This document shows, piece by piece, positions 36,096 through 48,315 of a stretch of 64,000 nucleotides of DNA. Origin of the DNA: Takakia lepidozioides (lineage: Eukaryota; Plantae; Bryophyta); the NCBI GenBank assembly GCA_030704615.1, contig CM060734.1:36890001-36954000 (forward strand). The letters are read 5' to 3'. Within the stretch, counting starts at the first letter, position 1. Every line of letters starts with the position of its first letter. The position numbers and the translations under genes are program-made. Under the pieces are notes generated by a model. That model was given only the letters and a program-made list of their open reading frames with translations. It ran no database searches and was not told the origin of the DNA.

Positions 36096-39000
36096 ATGTC
36101 TTACTGCGCCTGCCATTCGCGAGGGAACAGCGGGCAATTGGCATCTACAAGTCGGCCATCGGGGGAAGGCTGTACATGGGGGCCGCGTCTTGGAAGGGTG
36201 ACACTCAGCAGTAGTAAGGGAATGGCACAGGTCGCCTCACTCATGCATCAAGGTCAATGGGAATCGAGGAAGGCTTGTCAAGCTCCATTTCATATGTCAA
36301 AGGTGAAACTGCCTTTAGCAGCGTGTACAGCCACCAACACAAGTGTGACACCCACTTCTCATGGGACGAATGGCTGCGCAGATAGAGGACATGAGAAATG
36401 GTTGAGAACAAAGTCTGTGGATGTGACCACACTGGGAAATATGTGTGTGGACATTGTGCTAAATGTACCTGAGCTTCCACCACAGTCAATGTCAGAGAAA
36501 TTCGACTACATGCAGGAGTTGGTATCATCTCCTCCAGATGAGGTCAGCTCTTCATTTCATCTCAGCCTATCCCTGCGCTCATAATCTCAGTTTTGCGCTG
36601 ATAATTCACTGTGCAAAGCTGCGGTGTGTGTGAGGCATGGTTCATTGGTCTAAGCCCCAATCATTAGTGGTGTATGTGGCTGCAGAACTCCACTTTGTGA
36701 ACTTGCTGTAGAAGCAGTACTGATGGGCTCCATAGCATGCGGACCTTTCATGGCCAGATTCGTGTGATCGTTGTCCCGAGCTTTTCACATTTTGAAATGG
36801 GGTTAGGAAGTGGGGATCAGTGAACTTTCTCTTTCTTGAGTCTGGTCGTCTGGTCCCCCTTTGTGGGCTAGGTTTAGGGTTCTATGGAGGTTTGGTGTGA
36901 CCCCTGTAAAGAAAAGCTTGACGTCTCTGCCAATGTGTACTATAGTGGCTTCCTAGTCTCTGTTATAACGCCAAGGCATCTGGCTCTGGCAACATAGCCA
37001 GCAACTGCATGTGGTTGATGATAGTGCAGTGATGGTAATGCAGAGTTGCTGGGAAGCAGGTGGAAACTGTAATTTTGCTATCGCAGGGGCTAGGTTGGGC
37101 TTGCACTGCGTTACCCTGGGACATGTTGGAAATGAAAAGTTTGGCCACTTCTTGCACCGTGTCCTGGACATAGAAGGGGTGCAGCTCATGGGTATTAAAG
37201 GCGATGATGGCACACCGATTGGTGATGAAGATTATGATGGTACCACTCTTCTCTGCTGGGTGCTGGTGGATCCACAACATCAGCATGCCTTTTGCAGGTC
37301 AACTCTCTTACTCCTACGTGATTGATATTTTTAGCGTTGCCACACACAATGGCAACTATGAGGGCAGTAGTGGTGTACGATAATTAGAGTTAAGCACACC
37401 ATGCATTTGGTGAGGTGCACTTGTTCAATCAAGCTTGATATTCGGATCCACGCTGGGGCCATGGTTCATCTTCTTTTTTGGATGTGCTTGCAAGCAATCC
37501 TTCAGTATGGTCACTAACTTGGCTTGCTGAGGCATTCTATAGTTTTAGTATAATGGAGCACGGCAACACCACATTGAAGTAATTGTTGCAGCAGCAGTGT
37601 TGATTACCAAGTGGAGCAACTCTTTGGGGAGGTTTTAGTTCCTTTTTGGCTCTGAATTGACACATTGGCCTCCCTTTCTGACAACACTTTTGCTGCAGTC
37701 GATTTGACTTCAACAAGAACCCAGCTTTCAACCGAATCCAGCGATTGCCAGAAGGTGCAGAGGCATTGCTACAGAGGTCCAAGGCCCTGTTTATCAATGG
37801 GTTTGTGTTTGATGAGCTGGCACCGCCAGTGGTGCTAGCTGCTGCAGTGTGTGCTCAAGCAGCAGGTGGTGCAGTCTTCTTTGACCCTGGTCCTCGTGCC
37901 TACACTCTCTTTCAGGGCCCTGACCAGCAGCGGTGTGTGCTGGATCAGCTCTTGTGCCTGTGTGATGTCCTCCTTCTCACTGCTGATGAGGTAGGAGAAT
38001 CCTTGCCAAGACTGTCTTTTGATCTTTCTATCATTAACCAAAGCAAGTTTTGACATCACATCTGCATGAATTGGAGAGGACTCAACTATTGTAATGAACC
38101 AGTATAAATATTCATAGCAGAGGCAAAGACATATGTAGCTATGTAGGTGGTTTGTGTTAGCAGTCAGTGAGTTTCCTTCACCAGATTATCTGTTGGAAGT
38201 AAGTCTTAGGTAGCAAGAGAAGAGGGAAAAGTCTGGCCCTTGTGACACTTGCAGAAGTTTTGGGGACTGCATTTGTGGAACCTGTGGCTGAATAAAGCTT
38301 GTGGCTGGATCAGGTGTGTAATCTGGCACATGAGAGTGGGCAGATATAGCTTGGTGGATATAGACTGTATTTGGAAAGGTCTGGCTTGGTTAGAGGCGGG
38401 GGTAAGAGTTGATAATGTGGATGTGCAGGCGCAGGCATTGACCGGAATAGCGGATCCTCGAATATCAGCAAGAGCACTCTTAGAGAAAGGGAAAGGAACA
38501 AAATGGGTGGTTCTCAAGATGGGAGCCAATGGTTGCCTCATAGCAACAGCGGAGAGCTTTTACGATGTGCCTGGTTTTAAGGTAGGTGCCATCAATTGAG
38601 GGTAGTAACACATTGGCTTTTGGCATTCGGGAATTGCTGGCACCCGGGATTCTGTCTTAATTTACATATTAGCAAATGCTGGAAACTTGCCTACTTTGTG
38701 GGGATGCCAGCTGACATGGTCTGAGGCCAAATTATATGCCTGCAGGTCTTGGTGGTTTGTGTGATCTTTTCTATCATGAACCAAAGCAAGTTTGCCCTAT
38801 ATGGTACCAAAATTTCCTATTAAAAATAAGCTCTGAAGTGCTTGAAACTTTTAGCAAACCGTCACAACTCTGTTATGTCATGTGAAGGTGGAGGTTGTCG
38901 ACACAGTCGGGTGTGGGGACAGTTTTGCTGCGGCAGTGGTGCTGGGCTACATTATGCGGGCTTCAGTGCCTATCACCACCACTCTTGCCTTGGCCAACGC

Positions 39001-39268
39001 TGTGGGTGCCGCAACAGCGATGGGGCAAGGAGCTGGCAGGAATGTGGCGAGTGCTGCCAAAGTGGTGGAGCTTTTGGCAGGAGGGCAAAACTCTACCGAT
39101 GCATTGCTGGAAGAGCACCCCAGCTTGTTTACCCCGGGCAAGATGACAGCAGACACATCATTTGTCACTCCATTGACATTCCCCATGCAGGCAGCTTCTC
39201 ATGATGCCCTAAGTCTGCTTAAGGGTTTATTAAAAGAAAAGGCTCCCCAGAAGGAGCTATTGGTTTGA
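36096..39268 (+). CDS. pfkB-family kinase, plastid nucleoside kinase (PNK1-like); exons ~36096-36542, 37043-37297, 37699-37990, 38429-38581, 38888-39268
   Basis: DVTTLGNMCVDIVLNVPELPP, WEAGGNCNFAIAGARLGL, VFFDPGPR, VVLKMGANGC, VDTVGCGDSF. Confidence 0.9.
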
Positions 39269-39829
39269 GCAACTCGCCATTGTTCAATTTTGGCATTGTT
39301 AGCTTCGAAGTTGCTACAGATGAAGTGACGAGGATAAATCCACTTCTTTTGTGGGCGGGGCCTGGAGGCCTAGCTCACAATTTGACTTCACTCTAGAGTT
39401 CAGCTGCCGGTTGAATATACTGTCTGAGGGCCAACACTGATTATTAGGGATATCCTCAAGAAATTCTTGTCAGACCGAATCATTGGATTGGTCTGATCTT
39501 TGGCATCATGAAGGCACTTATTTTGTCTGATTGCGGGTTGCACTGTCATGTAGCCTGCCTGGAAGATCTTAATGGCATGTTAGCTGAGCATGTGAACACT
39601 CACCACATTATTGATACCTTGGGGAGAAAAGTTGGGGCACATGATTGTGCAAAAGGTGACAGAACTAGTGAAGCAGAGAGATCTGTCAAGGTAAAACTTG
39701 TTATTAGCCTGCAGGGTTGTTGGATCATTGCATAACATTTCTCTAAATTTAGTAATCCCACATTGAGTCAACAACAAGTTCATCCCAGTGGGCAGCATGA
39801 TTGGGTAATTTCACCAAGGGTTAGACTTA

Positions 39830-40233
39830 GGGCCTTACCACATGAGCGACAGTGAGCTCAAGTGACATGGAAGTCCCTGGCTAGGATTGTAGCACCTGTA
39901 TGTTATGGAGAGTAGGCCCATGTCACTAAAATCAAAGCAACGCTACCACATGAGTGGAAGTCGGGCACGGGAACAGATCGTTATGAAGCAAAATTGAATG
40001 ACTCAGATGAGCTCCACAGCGAGAAGGAGCAGATCGGGACAAAGAAGTTCCCTAAGGTTTCGGATTTCCAAGCAATAGTCCATGGAAATCGTACTTTCGC
40101 GGAGAAGCTCCACATAAGCACCACATCACATTGCCGTTCCTCCCCTGTGGTAGGTGAGGGTGTCGGTTTACGATCCATCAACCAAGCCTTCAGCAGGTTG
40201 CAGGGATTTCCACTGCCTCGTGTGGTAAGGCCC
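39830..40233. mobile_element. Tourist/PIF-Harbinger-like MITE (404 bp)
   Basis: TIR GGGCCTTACCACAYGAG (16/17), flanked by TTA and ATA. Confidence 0.65.
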
Positions 40234-41090
40234 ATACTCAATGTGGCAGACACTCTAGTCTTGATGGTTTTTTGGAAAAAAACATCCAAAAAGCATTGGT
40301 CTTATCCCCAGTTGTGTGTAAATACAACAGTTTGTGATAGCAGTAGGTACACCTACCCCGATATGCATTTGAGAGGTATCTTCCTCAGATAAATTTTAGG
40401 GTCATTCCTCATATAGATATGCTCAGAGATGTTAGGGATTGCTTCCTTAGTACCATACAGGAGCTTCTATTGTTTCTTTTGGTGTAGGAAACCACAGAAG
40501 AGAGCCCATAATCTCCAAGTTGAAGAGAATCAACTAAATGCACAGCCAGGGTTTGTGCTGATGAAATCTGGACTTGTCATTCTCGGCCAAAGATTTTAAG
40601 TCAAATCAGTCTGAATCTGGTGAAGGAAGGTTGAAAACGACAGTACATACATGGCAATCCTCATTGCCTGAACACTTATAGTTGTGGTGCTTGGAATCTG
40701 ATTTTCAACTCCTCTGGAATTTACAGAACCTGCTGAAGACTGCTCAATCTACAGACTTGTAACCTCGCTGCAGAGATTGCAATTTTCGAACAATTGCATT
40801 TTTTGCACCAAATAGGTTTGAATGTAGAGAAATATGTACTGCTCGGTAACAAAGCAAATGGTGAGCCAACTGATGCCAGTCTGTCCGAAAGCATACAAGA
40901 GCCCTGGAATGATATTTCTCTAAGCATGAGCATGAGAGGAGACTCTTTGAAAGCATCAAACAGACTGTCACTAAACCTCTTTTTCGCTCAAGAACTCGAG
41001 AACCTCAAAACACCGCTGAAAGCTGCAGCCTTCCTTGGGTTTGAATTGTGAAGTGAATGCTCACATTTAAGCGAGTGAGCCCATCCTCCT

Positions 41091-42089
41091 TCACTCGTCA
41101 TCATTGTCATCATCATCACCACCACCACCACCAATCATACCTCTGTCTGGGGCAGACCATGAACCGGACAGATAGAAGGGATCAACAAGGGCATCTACGA
41201 TGCGACGCTCTAGATCCTTCTCCTCTATCCACATGGAGCTTTGCTGCCGCACTGCCTCCTTCTCCTTAGACCGCACCCGAGCCAACCTCTTCTCCCTCCA
41301 CTGCCGGCGTCGTGCTCTCGCTACCCTCTCTTGTTCCTACACGTCACACATGATACAGATCGCGTGTAAGATGAGTTTCAATCTCAACCTATCAGAGCAT
41401 TCAACTTAGCAGGAAACTGCCAAAGCGCTCGCACACCGCAGCCGACCCGGACATGAAACACAAATTTCAGGGTGGACCTTGACATCTTGCTGCAAACAAT
41501 GATGCTGATCCCGGCACTGCCCTGGCATCCTGCCTAACACAGCAATAACGCACTTGGATGTGAATGTCCTCCAAATTGTAGCAAACAGAGACGAAAAAGG
41601 AAAAGGAATGCAAGCTCAACATACAAGCATAATGCGAAGAGCTTTGGCCTCCTCCTCCACTTCGAGCGCACGAGACTGCGACCGCTGTCTCCTGATCACC
41701 AACCGTTGTTCTTTCTCTACCAAAATGCGCTCCCTTACAACTTTCTGTACCTGCATTTCCTCTTTCCTCTTTCTCTCCTGCTCGGCCGCATACTTCTTCC
41801 GCAACACTGACAACTGCTCCTCATACTCTCGTTTCAACACCGACCCAGCACGCGCCTTTCCTTTAAAACCCTTCAGACCCCCACTATCATCAACACCTGA
41901 CTGACCCGGCGCAGTGCTTGATTCCGGCTCCGAGTCGAGTACCGCAGATAAAGGTGCTGCTTGAGGCAAATCGTCTGGAGACGCAGACGATGGAGTTGTT
42001 TCCGAGCTGAGGAACCTGGCACCCACTGTGCAGATTCTCGCGTGATGCTGTAGCAGTGTGCGTAGGTAGGCAATGCGAGAGACTGCCAT
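41091..42089 (-). CDS. Mitochondrial ribosomal small-subunit protein mS26-like (exons 42089-41625, 41336-41091)
   Basis: Presequence ending ...GARFLSS, a long charged helix LKREYEEQLSVLRKKY..., and C-terminal RQQSSMWIEEKDLERRIVDALVD, similar to plant mS26. Confidence 0.7.
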
Positions 42090-42289
42090 GGATCTGCCAC
42101 ACTCTTCTTTCACAAACCCCCTTCTCTTCTCTGTCTCCCCCCCAAACCTTTTTAGGGTTTAAGCCAAGTCTGGAGTCATGTATTTACCTACTCGAAAAGA
42201 ACTTAGGCTAAGTGGGGTCTATCGTGGAAATCTGATTTATCTCAACCGTTCAAAGTCTTTAAATGAACAGTGTACACATTTCCCCAAAT

Positions 42290-45200
42290 TCTGAGATCTG
42301 GCGGCTGTTCGTTGGACCTTGGCTTGTTCTCAGGCAGTCGCCATAGACAAGGCCCTGTCTTGCTCTTGTGATGAAGGGGATGGAGGCTTCAAAGAATGCA
42401 GAAGATGGAAGGGTCAGGATGGGGAGCTGAAATGCGAGCACATCCTGATAATGCCGGGCCAGAGAGCTTTGCAAGTGATTGCTTTGACGGATTCCGAGCC
42501 TACAGGGGAACGGACGAGAGGTATAAAAGTTAACTCTGTTGCCTGATTTTCGGGTCTCTAAACTGTGTGAGTCTGACCCCACATTTCCATCAGAGTTTAC
42601 ACCAGTCTTGGTCGTGGAAGTCCATTTTTGGGTCATACAAGGTGCTTTGGATGCAATTGAAACCTTTCTTTTCCTTCCCTCACCTCCTTCTATATTATGG
42701 AAATCTGTGTAATATTTCTCATGTCCCTTAGTGTGTGTGAGAGAGAGAGAGAGAGGGAGAGGTTACTTTTTGCTTGCCTTTCTGGGTAAGATACTCATCA
42801 GGTTTTAGCTCCTGGGGGAATTTTTGACAGGGTTTCAATTGCAGTTCCCATGTTCTTGCAGTTCGTCCAGCAATGAGCATTGAACAGCTCTGGCAGGAGT
42901 TTTTCGTAGATCCTCCCCAGTGGTGGGACCACAGCTTGGGTAAGGTGAGGCGATCTTTATTTAGGACGTGAAAGCTTTTGTTAAGGAGGGCTTATGACTG
43001 ACGCTTGCATGATACTTGCTGACGGGATTATCTCTCCAGTTGCTTATATGAATGACAATTTTGGTGCATTTGGAGGAAAAGTGGCAAATTGGTTCTTACT
43101 GTTGCTTAGCTTCGTCTTCCTTGTCAGTATGGATGAGTGTGGGCAAGATTCTTGGAGCTTTGATGATTGTACGCTGGTCGATGGGGTGGAAAACATTGGT
43201 GCTCACGTAACCGGTGGTTTCTACAGAAAAGTTCAAGGCCACCAGACTTCAGGCATAAGCGCACACGGGATGTCCTTAGGATTGAACACTGGCGGAATCC
43301 TCCTGGGGTGAACGCAGAGCTAGCTGCCTCAATACAAGGTCGAGCACAGTCTGTTGGACGATTGCATGCTGAGGTACACCATAGTGCTCCAGGCCGAGGA
43401 TACAACGGGTATTGTTTTTATGTCGATTTATGGTTCCAAGTCATATAGATATGGACAGAGGTTATTCACAAACCATAGGACTGGACTAGTTTGAGATGCT
43501 GTTCCTAGGTGCGATGAGTGTCCTCATGAAGAGATCTTTTGTTGAAGTACCTGGAAGGTTTCATATGTGTTACTTTTGAATCATGCAGGATAGCAGGGTT
43601 GAATCAGGCACAGTTGTTAGTTGGACATCAGGCTGGTGGCAGGGGTAACACCTCCACTATCACCACTGCTTTTGAGAGAGGACCAAGAGAGGGAATCAAC
43701 GGGAACTCTTTTGGCACCAGTGGAGATGTGAGGACACTATGCCAGACGGGACGACTGAAAGATGCACTACACATTTTGAACCAACCAGGCATTTGGGCAG
43801 ACTCCACAACCTATGTCTGTGTCTTGAAAGAGTGTATCAACACGAAATGCCTAACAGAGGGAAAGCAGGTGCACGCCCACATCATCAGAAATGGATTCAA
43901 GCCAAACATCTTCCTACTCAATACCCTCATCAACATGTATGTTAAGTGTGGGAGCATGGTGGATGCACGCCAAGTGTTTGATAAAATCACGGCACCAGAT
44001 ATGTATACGTGGAATTCCATGGTGGCTGGATATGCCAAGCTTGGGTACACTAAGGAGGCTTTAGAGATCTATGAGCAAATGCAACTGGAAGGGGTCTCTC
44101 CTGATAAGATCACATTTAGTTGCGTTCTGAATGCAGTTGCCACCCTAGGTGCCTTGGAAAAGGGTAAAGAGGTGCATGCTGACATCATCAGAGCAAGGAT
44201 TGTACCGGATATCATTCTGGAAACAGCCCTAACTGACATGTATGCCAAGTGTGGGAGTGTAAAGGATGCACGTTACGCATTCAACAATATGTCTAAACCA
44301 GATGTGGTCTCATGGAACGCGATGATTGCAGGATATGGTCAGCATGGATGTGGTAGAGAAGCTCTCGATATCTATGAGCAAATGAAATGGAAAGGGGTGA
44401 CTCCCAACAGGAGCACATTTATTAGCCTTCTGCATGCATGTGCCAACTTAGGAGCCCTGGAAAAGGGCACAGAGATCCATGCTGACATCATCAAAATGAG
44501 AATTGCAGCAGACACCAATCTGGAGACTGCCCTTGTTGACATGTATGCGAAATGTGGGAGCCTAACAGATGCACGTAAAGCCTTCAACAAAATGGCTCAA
44601 CCAGATGTGGTCTCATGGAATGCCATGATCACAGGATATACACAGCATGGGTGTGGCAGGGAGGCTTTGGAGATGTATGAGGAAATGATCCGAAAAGGGG
44701 TGACGGCTGACAGGATCACATTCGTATGCATTCTCAATTCATGTGCCAGTCTTGGAGATCTGGAGAAGGGCAAAGAGGTCCATGCTCATTTGAGCAGAAG
44801 TGAAATTGTGCCCAATATCATTTTGGAGAATACCCTTATTGACATGTATGCCAAATGCGGGAGCATAGAGAATGCACGCCATGTGTTCAACAATATGACG
44901 CAACGAAATGTGGTCTCATGGAGTGCTATGATCGCAGGTTGTGCTCAGCATGGGAGTGAAAGGGAGGCCTTTATGTTCTATGAGCAAATGCAACGGGAAG
45001 AAGTGATGCCCAACATTATCACATTTGTTTGCATTCTGAATGCATGTGCCAGCCTAGGAGCCGTGGAAAGGGGTAAAGAGGTTCATGCGGACATCATCAA
45101 AGCTGGAGTCACTCCAGATATCATTCTGGAGACTGCCCTTGCTGACATGTACGCGAAATGTGGGGACATAAAGGATGCGCGTCAAGTGTTTGACACTATG

Positions 45201-46135
45201 GTTCAAAGAAACGTGGTTTCATGGAATGCCATGCTTGCAGGATATGCCCAGCATGGATGTGGTAGGGAAGCCCTTCAACTATTTGAACAGATGCAATATG
45301 AAGGTTTGAAGCCAGATAACATCACCTTTACATCTCTTCTCTGTGCATGTAGCCATGTAGGCCTACTGGATGAAAGCCGTCACTATTTTGATTCCATGAG
45401 TCGAGTTCATTGCCTCACTCCTACATTGAAGCATTTTAGCTGCATGGTCGACCTTCTTGGCCGTGCAGGACAATTGGATGAGGCAGAGGCTTTGATTACC
45501 AGAATGCCAATCGAACCAGGGGGTTCGGTTTGGGGGGCTTTGCTTAGTGCCTGCAGGATTCATGGTATGTGGAGGTGGCAGAGCGTGTGACTCATTGCCG
45601 TCTCAAGTGGGATCCACAGCATGCTCCCACTTATGTGCTGCTATCAAACGTCTATGCTGCAGCTGGCAGGTGGGATGATACAGCAAAGGTGAGGAAAATG
45701 ATGGAGGACAGAGGGGTCAGAAAGGAACCAGGGCGCAGCTGCATTGAGGTGGACAACCATGTGCATACATTCTTTGTCGAAGACACAACTCATCGACAAA
45801 TTGAGGAAATCCATGCTGAGCTAAAGAGATTGTCTGGATGGATGAAGGAGGCTGGGTACATGCCTGACACTCGCTTTGTATTGCATGATGTGGAGGAGGA
45901 GCGAAAGGAATTTTCGCTGTGCTACCACAGTGAGAAGCTGGCCATTGCTTTTGGGCTCATTAGCACACCCCCTGGGACAACTATCCGGGTCATGAAGAAC
46001 CTTCGTGTGTGCGGTGACTGTCATACGGCCACCAAGTTCATCTCAAAGATTGTTGGCAGAGCAGTTGTTGTCCGGGACGCCAACCGCTTTCACCACTTTC
46101 AAGATGGGGTTTGTTCTTGTGGGGATTACTGGTGA
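42290..46135 (+). CDS. PDF-motif + PLS-PPR (17 motifs)-E-DYW protein, paralog A; exons ~42290-42520, 42862-42944, 43227-43408, 43589-46135; 1-nt deletion at ~45567 (pseudogene or assembly error)
   Basis: Splice phases 1/0/2 are all in frame. Contains [19 protein letters not shown]|[16 protein letters not shown] triplets, PGRSCIE, HSEKLA, CGDCH and CSCGDYW. CATGGTATGTGGAG lacks one A relative to HGNVE. Exon 1 has no in-frame ATG; one exists at 42873. Confidence 0.85.
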
Positions 46136-48315
46136 AACAAGCAACATGCATGAAAGAATTGTGTGCACAACCAATGCGACAGTCAGTACTGCATTTCTAT
46201 TAACTGTAATTATTTATCTGATGCACAGGAACACTGAAGTCACAGAAAACATTGAGTTGTCCAAGAGATTGCAGGAAACATATTGTATGAAGAAATCTGA
46301 AGTCACATGGGTGGGAAGTTTGCATGATTTCCGAAGAATGAGGGTGAATGTCGTCGGAGGAAACATCGAGTAACATGACAGGCTGCCAAACCAAACAAAC
46401 ACTGTGTCCTAGCATACTAGTTGAACATGCAAATTGGGTTTTGCGCTCCTAAGAGGACTAGAGTCAAGTGAAGACCTGCAGTACACTTCATTTTCAGATC
46501 ACCCATGGTGGTGCAATCGCCGCCAGCTCCATACCCTCCTCTCTATACCAGAAGATGTGTGATGCCGTCATGCTCACTTCAAAAGCTGCACTTGAGGAAT
46601 GTAATTTTCCAAGTTGATCACATGCTAAAGGACACGTTGCATTAATGCATTGATATTGTGTGTAGATAGCTGGATAGAGAGACTAGTTGTATATAGAGTC
46701 AGCTGCAGAGAGACTAGATACTTCTTTGGAGAAAATGGAAACTCAAATAAACGTCGAAGACTTGTTCTTGTGTTTACTCCCATTGTCTTGCTTCATTTCA
46801 ACACATTCCTTCATAATATTTATCCTTCAAGCTAAGCACTGTGACTATATCCTTGCAGACCTCATGATTTCTATGGGCGTCATCCCCCCTCGGCTCGCCA
46901 TAAGGAGCAGGACATGTCGTTCTATGCTCAACAGGGTTTTTCTCCTAGCCTTGCAAAGCCTTTCGTTCTACCGTCTTCCCAGATAAACTTGCTCACTTGC
47001 AGATGAGATTCAAAGCCTAGCAAAGTGCAATACAAAGATAGAAAAATAGAGGCTAGGATTTCTAGATACTGCGTCTGAGAGGGTTGATGTAGAGGATGAT
47101 TCCTCTCGAGAGTAGTTCAGAGCCAACTTCATCTCACTAACTTATACTCAAGACCTTGGGTTTGACCCCTTGCTACATACTATCACCTAAAAGGCCAGCC
47201 ACCAAGCTTACATATCTAAGCCTTACATATCTAAACCAAAGCCAGTGTACAAGTCTAACGATCCAGCAACAGCCGCCTTCTACACCATCACTAATACGTA
47301 GGTACTAATCTAAAATAATGAGCCTAAAGGAGAGAACCCAACATCACAACCCTTTCCCTTATGAAGGAGGTTGGGTTGCACTGATGACTAGTGGAGATTG
47401 GTATACATTGAGTGACATATTGTGAATGAGATAAATCCAAGAGCCAAGCTGTAGAAAGGATGGGTGGAGCATTGCACAACATGCACATCTTCCCAGACTG
47501 GGGATCCCAATACTTCCCATCAGAAAAGTTGAGAACCTTAGATCTAGATTGTAGACCATTGACGGTCGACATTAAACAACAGATGATTGGCATGCATATA
47601 CACATAATGTGGTCTTATTCGACATGTTTGATTTATTAACCCTATGCAAACAAAGACTTAGAAAATCAACGAATTTGGAGAGGTTACAATTCCAGTTGAA
47701 AGCCTCGGATCCTGTTTCTGGTTTCCACCAGGCTTTCAAGTCAATGTTCCAGGGGTCTGTTGAACCACTTGCACTGTTGAACCACACTGTTGAACCACTG
47801 TTAAATAACCTGGAGAAGATAGGAAATCACATCCATAGCCCATCCTCCAGAGTTAAGCTCTCCAGTGAGAAGGCCCACAAGACACAGGACACTTGGGCTT
47901 AGTCTTGGCGCTGGAAAATTTGGAAGACGCATCCACATGTCTGTTTGGTCCTGTTTTGTCTTGGGAATTTCATACAATAAAGGAACCATTCCACACAGCC
48001 TGATAACCATAAATCAAGATTCACTGAGATAGCTGGTTGGCGTGAAACTTGCATTCAAATCTCAATTCTGTGCCTGCACACGAGGATATCGAAGCTTTTG
48101 AAAGTAATCCTGTTCAAAGAAGATTGCTGCATTCAACATTGTAGTGGTCTGATGGTTTCTCTAAGAGTCCTTTTTAAGTGCAGCTCCAATCAGTGTGGAG
48201 AAAAGGTAATGAGTGATACAAGATTATAATAGAAGCATCCATTAGCTCTTCGACAAAACTGTTTGGGAATGTTTGTAAATGAGAAAAGGAGAGATCCTCA
48301 AGTGGGACAAGTGTG

